A stretch of DNA of 53,333 nt from the NCBI GenBank assembly GCA_023231475.1, contig JALJEE010001474.1:1-53333 (forward strand). The letters are read 5' to 3'. Position numbers and translations under genes: made by a program. How positions within the stretch are numbered: the first letter of the stretch is position 1; each line of letters starts with the position of its first letter. The DNA comes from Seison nebaliae. Lineage: Eukaryota. Below are positions 10,651 to 21,922 of the stretch, one piece after another. Under the pieces are notes generated by a model. That model saw nothing but the letters and a program-made list of their open reading frames with translations. It searched no databases and was not told the DNA's origin.

Positions 10651-13600
10651 TTAATCTTCATCAGTTGAAATATATTGATCGGTGTATCGGTGTTGTGATT
10701 TGGAAGAATCGCGGAGATAATAATCTTTATGAGATTGATTTTTTTTATTTTTATTTTTTCTTTTCTGTTCTTTCTTCTTCTCTTTAAATAATCTCCGTTG
10801 ACTTCGAGTAATTCGAGCTGTTGGTCCACCACTCGATGAATCAGAAGAATTATTGCGACGTCTGTCATCATCCTCCGACGAGGAAGTAGATGAAGAAGAA
10901 GATGTGGAAGAAGTTGATGATGATGATGTCGATGATGATAATTGATGTCGTTTCTTCGAATCCTTCTTCTGTTTATTGTGTCGATTCTTCTGATTAGTAT
11001 TTTTATTCTTTGATAATTTAGATAATTTCTTTGAACGACGATCTGTCAATGATTTAGATGAAGATGATGAGGCAGATGAAGAAGATGATGATGACGATGA
11101 AGAGGAAGAAGAAGATGCACGATCAATTGTATCTTCATCGAAACTCGGTTTCTTCGGAGTATTTTTCTTCATTTTCAATTTTTTCGATGGATTCTCATTA
11201 AAATGTAATTTTTTCCTTTTCTTCGCCTTATCATCTTGTTCGTTACTCGTCTCACAGATTTTTGGTTGAGTTTGAAACTTCTTTTTCACCATATGACTTG
11301 GTCGTTCATTTCCGTTCGATGATTCGTCCGAATGAGAACTATCATCTAAAACTTTCGGTTTATTCATTTCATTCGAATCCATTTTAGCTGATGATGTTAT
11401 TAATGATGATGATGATGATTGTAATTCAGCTTTTTGAGACGGTGGCGATAATGGTGATGTTCGGATTGATGGTAATTCATTATGGATTGTCGATTGATTG
11501 AAACGATCGAAATGATCGAAATATTTATCAAAATTAAATTCAAAACGTTTAAAATTAGAATTCCTTTTTTTAACTTTATTCAAATGTTGTTGTTGTTGGT
11601 GGTGGTGATGGTGATGATGATGTTGTTGATGTTGTGTAGTATTGTTGGTGAGAGAGATGTTGTAGAAATTTCGGATGAAATCTGACGAAATCTTCTTGAG
11701 ACTTTCATCAAAATGTCTCATTTGGAAATGTTCCATTTTCTTCTCATGTCCATCGAATGAATTGAATATAAGTAGAAGATATAATCGTTTATGTTGATCT
11801 TTCCAAGCGATGGATGTGGTGGATTGTCGAAGAGGTGGTGGTCGTTTCTTCACATTTAACGAATTCGTCGAATTCCCTCCAGACGACATAGAAGAAGACG
11901 TCATTGTTGACGATTGTTTCATTTCTAATTTTTCATAAAGATCTTCCACATCACTATCTTCCAATTCAGGAATAACTTCATCTTTCATTTGTCGATATCG
12001 ATGATGACGTTCCTCTATCAAATTCATGGCGGCGAGAAACAATTCGATGTAGAAATCATTTTTTCTTATTTGAATCGATTCCGGTTCGAGCGACGCATAA
12101 TATGCACAACTCAACCAAGTCAATTCATCGAATTCATTCGACTCTTCAAACGATTTATTATTCGAACATCTTAATGACGATCGATCAGAAGTTGTTTGTG
12201 CATAATGATATTGAAATTGGGACGAATCACTAATCGATGATGCTGGTGATAATAATGAAATTTGTTTTCTATTCAATAAATAATTCTGTTTAATTTTCTC
12301 TTTTACTTCATTGATTTGATGTCGAATATCAGTTAAACGAATTTCCATATCTGTTTCATCAACTCCACCAGCCATTTTCACATGTTCAATAATCGGCATG
12401 AGAATCTTATAATGTAAAGGTGATTGACTGACATTAATGAGATCGTTAAGACTTCGTCGAATGAAAGCATAAGTCATCTTATCATCATTCTGTTCTACTA
12501 ATTTGTCGATATATCGTTCGATAATGGACGATCGTAATAATGTTTCACGAAGGAAAGAAAGAAGATGAGAGATGGAAGGAATGTTGAGTTGAATGAGTGA
12601 TTTGTCTGAAAGAAATTTAAAGAATTTCTTCAAAAATTTCACATAATCTCTCGGTTGTCTTCGATTTTCTACGGTTTTGAGTTGTTGAAAGAAATGTGGA
12701 GTAAGAATGAACGGTTGCTCCATCATACACGACGAATATGAGAGAATCGTTTCTTGGAGATATGATTCAAAATTATTTCCGAAATGTTCTTCATTCACTT
12801 CACAGAATGTACAGAAAAGCATTGAAGATGGAAAATAATTGGACATTTGACATGTGTCCATAGCGAATTTTAATGGGAGAATGACCGTCAAGAATTGTTG
12901 ACGAAGTGATTCCGATAAATTCTCACAAATTTCTTTCATCAAATCCGAATTCTTCCATTCCTTCTCTTTCTGAATGAAGTGGAGACGATGAAGGAATCGA
13001 GTGAATATTGTCAGATTATGATCAGATTGTTTCTCATTCGATTGTTTTGTTTGTGGATTATAGAAATAATCGACGATTCTCATCGAATGGAAATCTTTAA
13101 TAAAATTAATTTGATTGAACATGAGAACGGTGGAGAGGAAAGAAAGACGATTATAAAATAAGAGATTTGGTAGCCAACTCTTTCTCGTCTTTGGTGAATT
13201 GGATGAATTATTTTGATTATTCTGATGTTGTCTCAAACGACGACTAGTGTGACCACTTGATTTATTATCCTTCATGGAATTATTTCCTGTTGATTGATGA
13301 GGATCATGAATTGATGTAATAGTTGAACGAGAGAAGAGATGTTGGAAGAAGAAGAAAGAGAAAAGAAACGAAGCGACTTCATTTGGTCGATGAATTTTAA
13401 TTTTGATGAGGAAATCCATGAGAATTTCTTGAATTGAATTCATAACATCTGTCTGATTAGTAGTTTGTTTTGAAGATTGATCTTGTTCACAAAATTTTAT
13501 TTTCACTCCATCAATCATCAATAATAAATTCAATAATTCCTCCATTATCTCATCTTCATATTTCCCATTTTTCTTATTGAGAGTAAAATCGAATTTGAAC

Positions 13601-16600
13601 CGTTCAACAACATCATCGAATTGTGCATTTTGACAATTGATCAACATCAACAAGAAATGTAAAGATGGTGAATTAATTTGTTGATTTTTATTATTCTCAC
13701 AATTATTATCATCACTTGTCGTCGGTATTATAGGTGATGATGGAATTATATAGAAATGATGAAGGAAAGATAAAAGAAGATGAGTGAGACAACGTGACAT
13801 TGGAAGGAGATGAGATGTCTCAATATCAGTTGAATTAATGGAACATTTCAATGTGTAATCGATCACTCCAAATAATTGAGTCAACTGATTTAATGATGAT
13901 ACGAATAATTCTGGTGTGAGAATACTAAATTTATCTAATGAATAATTAGACAATTTTTTCAAATCTAAACGATTCGAACAATTATCGAGATCTTCTACAT
14001 TTCTCGTCGATTTCATTTCCTCACATAAATATTTTAGAAGGAAATTCGCATAGAAATCTCTTCCAATCGAAAATTTATTTTTGGATTTCTCTTCGTTCAA
14101 TCCATATTTCTCCTCACCACGTTGATGAATGGATATGTGGAAAATTCTCCATAATAATTCCTGTTGGGCGTGAGACCACATTCCTGAACAGACAAGAAGA
14201 TTCGTGACAACTTGACGAACATAAATGAAATAGTTTAACAAAAGAAAATACGTCGGAATCATTTTATCTTCTTCATCCTTTGGTTGATGAGTGAGTTGTT
14301 CCATTCCTCTTTCTTTATCATTCGATAAGATAAATAATCGATGAACATAATGAATGAATTGACCGACTAATTTATCATAATTAAATTGTGAAAACTCGAA
14401 ATTGGTGAGAGAGGCAACTGATAGAAATCGTGAAGATTTCATCAATTTCTTAAGAAATCTTCTCAATCCAATCCACAATTCTTCATCATTATCATTCTTG
14501 ATAGATTCGTAGAGTATTCGATTATTCGTTTGAAGATGATGTCGATAAACGGAATATGAAATGATGAAATTCAACGTCTTCCTACCTTTCATCTCTTCCA
14601 AACACCAAACACGACATTGTCGATTATGTAAACGTTCGAGTAAAGAGGAAAATGAAACGGATTGTTTACAAATCCTCAAACAATGATACCAGAGAATTGG
14701 ATGATCATTCAACGTTATTGTGTGACGAATACTTGATAGAAATGATTTTGATATGTAGAGAAAAGATTTTTCTTCTTCTTTTTTCGAATAGAATCGTTTC
14801 AATGTTTCATTGAATATCATTCTCTCATGATTGTTAGAAGAGAACAATTGGAGAATATCATCAACATCTAATCGTTCTTCAACAAAATATGATAATTGTT
14901 CATACAAATTGAGATTGATGGGAGTATTGTGAAGAGCTTGTGAGAAGAGAAGGAATGGAATACATTCAAATATCACATCCGAATCACTTATAGAAGCTAA
15001 TGATAAATCATTAATTAGAGAGAATAATAATCGTTCACTCTTTTTCGATTCATGATTGAAAATGAATGAAAGACAATTCTCAATTTTCATGTGTGTCGAT
15101 TTATTGTCATTAAAAAAATCATCATTCGAACACTTTCCTTTTTTTGAACGAATATCAACTCCTAATTCTTCATCAACATCAATTCTCCCATTTAAAATTC
15201 TCTTCTCATCATCATCATAAGCATCATCATCATCGTCAGAGAATTGATGATATTTCTGATCATTATCGAAACGTAAATCTAATTTGTTATATTGAATAAT
15301 TGATGATGAATCTCTATAAATGGAACAGATATCATGATAAATGTTGATACCACAAGATAGAAGTGATGTTAATAAATTCTCTTGACGTTTCGATAGTTGT
15401 CGATTGCCCAACATCCATTTCCTTCTTAACTTTGAAGATAAATTCCTTGTCAAATTGACAATGAAGAAAAGAAGAATATATCCAAATTTTTCATGACGCT
15501 TCGCTATCTTTCCGAACATGACGAGCAACAATCGATGAAAACCGGAAAAATATTTCTGTTGATCACTCTCCTTATCCCAAGTCTCAGCGACTCGTTCTCT
15601 CAAAAAAGAGAGAGGAGAATTTTCAAATAAAATGGAAAATATATCATTAAAATTGTTGTTGATACAACTCAAATAAGTCAGTTCGAATTGGAAACGAAGG
15701 AAGAAAACGAGAGAGAAATGTTCGAATTCTTTTCCATTCCGATAATTGTTCATTTGAAGTGATTGACGAATTGGAACATAATTTCTTTCAAACCATTTCA
15801 ATTGAGTTGATAAACACCAGCGATAATATGCGGAGAATGGTTGAAGATTCAATTCGGGATAAATTAAGACAGTTAACAAATCGACGAGTAATTTTAATTG
15901 ATTCTTATTAATCCGATGAATGGAGAGAACTTTCTCTTGCATGAATTGAGGATCAAAAATACTTGACAATTTCCTCCAAATTTCTTCTTGAATGTTCACT
16001 TCAAATTTCTCTTTTTTCTCACTTTTCTTCTCTAATGCATATGACATATTCTGATGATGTTTATTAACGAGATCGATCAGATATAAAACATTCTCTTTCA
16101 ATTCTCCTTCTACATTAATCGATTTTGAAAATTCATTTCGAATCCGATGAAAGAAATCACCAGTATTCACATCAATCTCATATTGTTCTAGACGAAGTAA
16201 CGACGAAAGATAATTCAATTCATTCCTAATTCTCAAGGAATAATCAACTTTGTAGAAGAATGTGGATAACAATTGAAAAACTGGAGATTTTCTTTCACTT
16301 ATCGTCCGTTTCCTCTTTACATGTACTGGAGGCGTTTGAGATGATGTTAATGATTGTTTGTCTATTCTCAATTTTATATCAGTTGAACTTTTTATATTTT
16401 CCATAATTTTCGTTTGATCTTCTGTCGATTTTAACGATTTTTTTATCGTTCCTTCAAACACTGTTTCCAACGATTTATGACTAGATGCTTTCCTATTCTT
16501 TTTCTCCTCCAATTTATTCGTTTTCGTCAATACATGCATTCGATTTAATACTGATATTGTATTATCGAGATCACTACCAATTTCCATTGTCGATGTTGTT

Positions 16601-19600
16601 TTCATTTTCTTATTCTTTCCATTTGGTAATTCTAAAGTTATTAATCTTTTTGATTCATTCATCAATTTCCCACTACCTCCATTCAACGACGTTATCGTTA
16701 ATGTTGTTGTCGTTGATTTGGTTTGATCGTTGTTGGTTGTTGATATTGATCGTTTGAATTCTTTTGATGTATCCACTTTTTTCCGATCATGTTTCGTCTC
16801 TTTTTCTTTCACACAAACGTCAATGTTCGATGAAGAACTAGTAACTTTAGAAGAAGAAATTGCAGATGATGAATTTGATTGTTGTGGTTTATGTGATGAG
16901 ATTTTCACATCAGATAAATTCGTTGCTGATGTTGACATAATCACTATTGATGACGTGGTTATTGATGGAATTGTTATTGATGTTGTTGCTGTTGTTGTAA
17001 ATTTGACAGGTTCTTCGACGGAATTCGATTTATCGATCGGTTTAGGAAGAATATATTTCGTAATATAAATCATTAATTCTCGTGCAAGATTGATGGGTTC
17101 AGAGGAGGATGACGAATTGAAATTCTTCTTTACCACATCAATTTGACAATTGAAAAGTTGAGTATATGATTGTTTCAACATCAACATTGACCAATATTCT
17201 CTTGATTTGATATATCGATTCTCTTCATAAACTTTGAATACTTCACAAATATTATCGAAGAATAAACGACGCATCGGTGGATATAAATATTTGGAAATGT
17301 TTACCAAATACTCCAACAATCGAAGTCCGAACATGAAATTATATCGATTAATTATCAGATATTTAATGAGACATCTTTCTGGCAATTCTGAACAAATATG
17401 TTGAAACATGTCGATTGTTTTATATTTCTCTAACGTTTGTTCGACATATTGATTCATCGGATATTCTGTTGTGAGTATTGAGACATAATTCACATCTACC
17501 CATTCACTTAACCAAAGACAATTGAATAATTTCCATTGGAGAGTGAAAGATTGTTCGGAGGAATGGAGTGAAAAATTGATTAATTGAATGAGTGGTTCAA
17601 CAGCGAGTGTTGAATCATATGTCAACATATCCATGACTAAAGCATAAAGACAACGATTCCTTTCCACCGAACTGAAAACAAGAAATGAGAATGATTGCAT
17701 ATGTTCTTTCATCAATAACATATATTGTTCACGTTGATTAATATCAATATTAAGACTATTATGTTGTGGTAAGATAGGCAACGAATGATTTAAGAGATGA
17801 GCAACCATTCTCCATCGAGGACAATAATCCACCGAACTTCTCACCGGAAGTGAACAACAACACATAAATCGAACCATATCTGCTCGTTGAGTCTCCATTA
17901 ACCAATGATTGAGATGACAAGCGACAATTTGAAGGAATGATTCATTATTCGATTTTTTAGTTATATCTTTTGGTAATTCGTCATAATTCTCAAATTCGAT
18001 TTCTGAAGTGAATCGATTGAAAAAAGAGAATGGTCTCAAACTATTCTGATAATTAGTGATAGTGGCTTGAGAACCTAATCGTCGATTAACATAGATTAAT
18101 GGTGATTGTCGATCATCTTCTCTCATATTCAATCCTTGAATTTCATAAACGTTCAAATGTTTATCATATAACCAATTCAAATAAATGGAAAAACATTCGT
18201 CTCTTGTTTGTTGTGTGAGAAAGATTAATCGATCTCCCAAATCCGATTCGATTAACCAATGAAGAATTTTCGTATTCGATTTTTTCTTCATTAAAGCATC
18301 GAATAAAATTGATAATATTATTTTTGATAAATCATTCTTATTCTTCTCCTTATGATTCTCGTAACTGAGATAACATGATTCAAGTATAAATTGATCTGCG
18401 TCTCTCTCCATATCATTCTTCCTTAAACTCTGTTGAATTTCATTCGAATTTCTTGATAATTGTGAATCGATTCTCGCTGGATCATAAAGAAGATCATGCC
18501 AAAATAAACTGAGATCATAATGTAAACGGAAAACATCCGTTAATAATCGAACTAGATCCTTCCCAATCTCATAACATTCGTTCCATCGTTTTCTCAATAA
18601 TTTCGCACATAATTTCCCCTCGAAATCGATCAATTCAATTATCTCAAAATTGTTCAAAGATGTTTTCGTGAAGGACGAGAATGAATGAAAGAATTGATCA
18701 TTTATTAATGTTGTCGATGAGAGTTGATGAGCAACTTCACAATTATCAGAATTCTCATCTTTCTTCTTGACAGGAAATTGTTTAATGAAATCAGAAGGAA
18801 ATGTCTTTCTTCTCAATTCCTCCCAATTTCCACCATTCTCCAAATAAATGATATAATGATCATAAATTAATCGAAGAAATTTCGCTACAACTAATTGAAT
18901 TAATTGTCCGAACGGATATAACCATTTCTCACAATTATTATAAAGCACCGCAACTAATGATCGACAAATGAATAAATTGTCGGGACTTCCATCAGAAATT
19001 CGAACACGAAAAACAAATTCGAAACAAAGAGCGTCACATCGATAAACTTGAGAATAAATAAAACGATTGAGGAGATAGAGGAGTTGATGTTTCGTGAATT
19101 GTGTCAAATTCCAGTAATGAACACGGACGAATTCCGTCAATTTGTTCATTGTTAATTTCCAAATATCTTCAATTTGTTTATTCGTCGAAATATTCACTGC
19201 CGACATGAACTCTTCAAATAATTGTTCGCTCGACGTTCGAATTTCATTTCCATATTCTTGTTTCGGTGTTCCATCCATTCTTAATCTCATGACGAATTTC
19301 CTCGTTCTCAACACTTGATCGATCTCATAAAAATCCGATTTTTGAATTTTCTTTTGTAATGATTTCATTTGTCGACTATATTCCTGAGGAGATTCGCATG
19401 TTCGAAATCGTCCGTCTAAAGAATAACCGCTTAGAAATCCATAAAGTATTCCACCTAACAAATGACACAATCGTTCACCATCATTCTTGACGAATTCCAC
19501 ATATTTCGTATGATAATTACCGGATGAATTATTTTTCCATAGATCACCCACCACCACATGGTAAGCTTCAGCCATCTTCCGGATCGTATCAGGAATTGGT

Positions 19601-19656
19601 TGAATGGATGGAATGATGGAGATAACGGGAGAGAATTCTGGTGTATTCTTCTGCAT
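10651..19656 (-). CDS. INTS3: Integrator complex subunit 3 (SOSS-A) homolog, about 3001 aa, one uninterrupted ORF
   Basis: Ordered INTS3-like blocks: KFLRLIYDH, LLRKRWNECYEIGKDLVRLL, FWHDLLYDP, RADMVRFMC, PRWRMVAHLL, ALVMDMLTY, FGYILLFFI, WSHAQQELLWRIF, followed by a Ser/Lys-rich tail. First ATG is at 19656; the ORF track starts at a GTG. Confidence 0.8.
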   Translation of the reverse strand: MQKNTPEFSPVISIIPSIQPIPDTIRKMAEAYHVVVGDLWKNNSSGNYHTKYVEFVKNDGERLCHLLGGILYGFLSGYSLDGRFRTCESPQEYSRQMKSLQKKIQKSDFYEIDQVLRTRKFVMRLRMDGTPKQEYGNEIRTSSEQLFEEFMSAVNISTNKQIEDIWKLTMNKLTEFVRVHYWNLTQFTKHQLLYLLNRFIYSQVYRCDALCFEFVFRVRISDGSPDNLFICRSLVAVLYNNCEKWLYPFGQLIQLVVAKFLRLIYDHYIIYLENGGNWEELRRKTFPSDFIKQFPVKKKDENSDNCEVAHQLSSTTLINDQFFHSFSSFTKTSLNNFEIIELIDFEGKLCAKLLRKRWNECYEIGKDLVRLLTDVFRLHYDLSLFWHDLLYDPARIDSQLSRNSNEIQQSLRKNDMERDADQFILESCYLSYENHKEKNKNDLSKIILSILFDALMKKKSNTKILHWLIESDLGDRLIFLTQQTRDECFSIYLNWLYDKHLNVYEIQGLNMREDDRQSPLIYVNRRLGSQATITNYQNSLRPFSFFNRFTSEIEFENYDELPKDITKKSNNESFLQIVACHLNHWLMETQRADMVRFMCCCSLPVRSSVDYCPRWRMVAHLLNHSLPILPQHNSLNIDINQREQYMLLMKEHMQSFSFLVFSSVERNRCLYALVMDMLTYDSTLAVEPLIQLINFSLHSSEQSFTLQWKLFNCLWLSEWVDVNYVSILTTEYPMNQYVEQTLEKYKTIDMFQHICSELPERCLIKYLIINRYNFMFGLRLLEYLVNISKYLYPPMRRLFFDNICEVFKVYEENRYIKSREYWSMLMLKQSYTQLFNCQIDVVKKNFNSSSSSEPINLARELMIYITKYILPKPIDKSNSVEEPVKFTTTATTSITIPSITTSSIVIMSTSATNLSDVKISSHKPQQSNSSSAISSSKVTSSSSNIDVCVKEKETKHDRKKVDTSKEFKRSISTTNNDQTKSTTTTLTITSLNGGSGKLMNESKRLITLELPNGKNKKMKTTSTMEIGSDLDNTISVLNRMHVLTKTNKLEEKKNRKASSHKSLETVFEGTIKKSLKSTEDQTKIMENIKSSTDIKLRIDKQSLTSSQTPPVHVKRKRTISERKSPVFQLLSTFFYKVDYSLRIRNELNYLSSLLRLEQYEIDVNTGDFFHRIRNEFSKSINVEGELKENVLYLIDLVNKHHQNMSYALEKKSEKKEKFEVNIQEEIWRKLSSIFDPQFMQEKVLSIHRINKNQLKLLVDLLTVLIYPELNLQPFSAYYRWCLSTQLKWFERNYVPIRQSLQMNNYRNGKEFEHFSLVFFLRFQFELTYLSCINNNFNDIFSILFENSPLSFLRERVAETWDKESDQQKYFSGFHRLLLVMFGKIAKRHEKFGYILLFFIVNLTRNLSSKLRRKWMLGNRQLSKRQENLLTSLLSCGINIYHDICSIYRDSSSIIQYNKLDLRFDNDQKYHQFSDDDDDAYDDDEKRILNGRIDVDEELGVDIRSKKGKCSNDDFFNDNKSTHMKIENCLSFIFNHESKKSERLLFSLINDLSLASISDSDVIFECIPFLLFSQALHNTPINLNLYEQLSYFVEERLDVDDILQLFSSNNHERMIFNETLKRFYSKKEEEKSFLYISKSFLSSIRHTITLNDHPILWYHCLRICKQSVSFSSLLERLHNRQCRVWCLEEMKGRKTLNFIISYSVYRHHLQTNNRILYESIKNDNDEELWIGLRRFLKKLMKSSRFLSVASLTNFEFSQFNYDKLVGQFIHYVHRLFILSNDKERGMEQLTHQPKDEEDKMIPTYFLLLNYFIYVRQVVTNLLVCSGMWSHAQQELLWRIFHISIHQRGEEKYGLNEEKSKNKFSIGRDFYANFLLKYLCEEMKSTRNVEDLDNCSNRLDLKKLSNYSLDKFSILTPELFVSSLNQLTQLFGVIDYTLKCSINSTDIETSHLLPMSRCLTHLLLSFLHHFYIIPSSPIIPTTSDDNNCENNKNQQINSPSLHFLLMLINCQNAQFDDVVERFKFDFTLNKKNGKYEDEIMEELLNLLLMIDGVKIKFCEQDQSSKQTTNQTDVMNSIQEILMDFLIKIKIHRPNEVASFLFSFFFFQHLFSRSTITSIHDPHQSTGNNSMKDNKSSGHTSRRLRQHQNNQNNSSNSPKTRKSWLPNLLFYNRLSFLSTVLMFNQINFIKDFHSMRIVDYFYNPQTKQSNEKQSDHNLTIFTRFLHRLHFIQKEKEWKNSDLMKEICENLSESLRQQFLTVILPLKFAMDTCQMSNYFPSSMLFCTFCEVNEEHFGNNFESYLQETILSYSSCMMEQPFILTPHFFQQLKTVENRRQPRDYVKFLKKFFKFLSDKSLIQLNIPSISHLLSFLRETLLRSSIIERYIDKLVEQNDDKMTYAFIRRSLNDLINVSQSPLHYKILMPIIEHVKMAGGVDETDMEIRLTDIRHQINEVKEKIKQNYLLNRKQISLLSPASSISDSSQFQYHYAQTTSDRSSLRCSNNKSFEESNEFDELTWLSCAYYASLEPESIQIRKNDFYIELFLAAMNLIEERHHRYRQMKDEVIPELEDSDVEDLYEKLEMKQSSTMTSSSMSSGGNSTNSLNVKKRPPPLRQSTTSIAWKDQHKRLYLLLIFNSFDGHEKKMEHFQMRHFDESLKKISSDFIRNFYNISLTNNTTQHQQHHHHHHHHQQQQHLNKVKKRNSNFKRFEFNFDKYFDHFDRFNQSTIHNELPSIRTSPLSPPSQKAELQSSSSSLITSSAKMDSNEMNKPKVLDDSSHSDESSNGNERPSHMVKKKFQTQPKICETSNEQDDKAKKRKKLHFNENPSKKLKMKKNTPKKPSFDEDTIDRASSSSSSSSSSSSSSASSSSSKSLTDRRSKKLSKLSKNKNTNQKNRHNKQKKDSKKRHQLSSSTSSSSTSSTSSSSSTSSSEDDDRRRNNSSDSSSGGPTARITRSQRRLFKEKKKEQKRKNKNKKNQSHKDYYLRDSSKSQHRYTDQYISTDED

Positions 19657-20114
19657 TTCCACTAATCAAATGACTTAATCTTATTTCTTGTGAAAAATCT
19701 TCTTGGACATTCAGAAAAAATATTTTCAGATTTTTCTTTGAGAAAACATTTAATTTTATAAATATTTCCAATTCACTTAAGCTTTTCTTTTGTAACCATA
19801 ATCAGTTATATTGATATCTATTCAACTAAAATAATCCCAACAAATTAAGTCAATTTCAAAAACACCAAACTGAACCCTTATGACCACTAAATAAGAACGA
19901 AATATAAAAATTATTATAAAACTCTAAATAAAATTTATAATTTTTAGATTTGGAATAATTATAATAAGGAAAATAATTTTTTTGTAATTTTCGTCTAAAT
20001 TGTATGTGTTAAAAAGAAGTATAAGAAGAAATTCTTTAAATGAAAAACAAATTCATCCTTATGCGAAATTATTTCATTTTTCTTTTCATTTGAATCAGTT
20101 CTGAGAAATTCCAG

Positions 20115-21590
20115 ATGTCTCAAATTCATTCATTTATTATTATACTTATATATCAATTCACTCTCCATTTGCATAATTGTGAGAATAAAGTGGAAAAGTT
20201 GAGGAATCAATTTGAAAAGAATAAACAGGATATTCTAATGGTAAACAATCGAAAACCGAATGATTTCCCAAGACGACATGTACCGACACCTCCGTTGAAA
20301 AAAACTTCATCATCTCTAGTGAAGAATCGAATAGAGACACCATTAGCTGCAATAAACCAACCGCGCTCTTTACCTACCACTGAGCGGAAAATAAGAAAAT
20401 CGAAGATTGATATATCTGATCCGATGCCTGGAACTTGGTCGCCACGAAAGGTACATATCTCTAAGGAGGACATATCAGAACCAATGCCTTCCGGCTGGGC
20501 TGATGGTCCTCCTAATCCATATTCTGGAGATCTTGATTCATCAAATGTTGATTGGTTGAAATTACAACCAGTCGATGTTTCACAATATGAATCATTGATG
20601 AAACCAACAAAACCGTCGCCACCACTAGTTCCTAAACGTCCTAGTAATATGATAAAATGTAAAACGCCGGAAATGGAGAATACGATTAACGAAGCGATCA
20701 GAGGTTCTGTTGAATCGACAATAAAACCAGCGATTCCCATTCGAGACTTTGTTAAATTTAAGGAAACTTTCGAACAACCTAATAATGAGTGTAATTACAG
20801 GAATGATCCATTTCCCAATAATAAATTGGAATATTCGAAGAATGGAGACGACTGGTTGGAAAGCATTCGAGTGAAACATGTAGAAAGGGAAAAGATTATG
20901 AAGAAGAATAAAGATAGTTTAGTTAAAATGAAATTAGAGAATTTGGGCAATTCCTGGGTACACAATTGGGACGGATATTTTAGGGCTTCTAATAATCATG
21001 TTAATACCAAAATTTACTTTATTCTCGTTGGAGATCATATCGCTAGAGATTTATCTTTGAAAGGACATAAAGAAGGATATGAAATTGGACGGAAGTTAAA
21101 ACGAATGGTGAGACAGATTAATTATATTTTCACCGGCAGTTCAAAACATTTCAGTCAAATGGCTGGAGCTATAGCTTTAGGATTAGCTGACAGAGTTGAC
21201 TACAATGATGAAGCAGGTCGTAAATATATACAATACAAAGCAGAGAGGGCTGAAATCGATCATCTGTTCTTAAATTCTAATCCAAAATTCAGTGTTTATT
21301 TAGAAACGAAAAGATTATACAATGAATCTCCGAATGAACAAATGATAAATAGTAAATCAATAAATTCTTACGAAGAATTCTTTCAGAGGTACTTCCTCCG
21401 ACCAGACAATCCACAAACCTATTTAATTATTAGTGACTTGAAAACTATCCGATATCTCATTTTACGAAGTCTACAATTACACATGCATAGTTATCATAGT
21501 TATGAACAACTGAGATTGGCAGAAGGTAGTATATCGTCCATTGAGATTATGGGTAATGGGAAAATTAGATTAGATTCTCTTAACTTATAA
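20115..21590 (+). CDS. PGAM5-like histidine-phosphatase-fold protein, probably catalytically dead and secreted, 491 aa, intronless
   Basis: WVHNWD (cf. PGAM5 WDxNWD), KIYFILVG where PGAM5 has IFLIRH, EEFFQRYFLR, IRYLILRSLQ and LAEGSISSIEIMGNGKIRL. Hydrophobic N-terminus and Pro-rich linker. Confidence 0.7.
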   Translation: MSQIHSFIIILIYQFTLHLHNCENKVEKLRNQFEKNKQDILMVNNRKPNDFPRRHVPTPPLKKTSSSLVKNRIETPLAAINQPRSLPTTERKIRKSKIDISDPMPGTWSPRKVHISKEDISEPMPSGWADGPPNPYSGDLDSSNVDWLKLQPVDVSQYESLMKPTKPSPPLVPKRPSNMIKCKTPEMENTINEAIRGSVESTIKPAIPIRDFVKFKETFEQPNNECNYRNDPFPNNKLEYSKNGDDWLESIRVKHVEREKIMKKNKDSLVKMKLENLGNSWVHNWDGYFRASNNHVNTKIYFILVGDHIARDLSLKGHKEGYEIGRKLKRMVRQINYIFTGSSKHFSQMAGAIALGLADRVDYNDEAGRKYIQYKAERAEIDHLFLNSNPKFSVYLETKRLYNESPNEQMINSKSINSYEEFFQRYFLRPDNPQTYLIISDLKTIRYLILRSLQLHMHSYHSYEQLRLAEGSISSIEIMGNGKIRLDSLNL

Positions 21591-21922
21591 CATTTAATCA
21601 AAATATCGACTCACTTCCTGATAGAAAGATCTTTATAATTTCTATAAATATTTAATTTTTGAAACACATCCATTTTAACAAACTGACTCACAAAGTTAGT
21701 ATTATTAATTTATAATATATATATATAATAATATATTATTATTGTCAGTGTTATAGAGAATTTTGTATTTAATCATATCAGTACATTAAAAAGGTGATGT
21801 GCTAGACAGGAACTTAAATTATTTAAAATAGTTTTCACAATTTAATCATTATGAAAAAATTTGGAAATCGAAGTTATAATGATGATGATAATAATTGGGA
21901 AAAATAAAGAAATTTTTATGCA

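Noticed and set aside
11482..17068. Plus-strand ORFs within INTS3
   Set aside because: Antisense shadows of low-complexity codon runs.
20158..20879. Minus-strand ORFs (64, 177, 84 aa) overlapping the first PGAM5-like gene
   Set aside because: Shadow frames of a Pro-rich coding region with no motifs.
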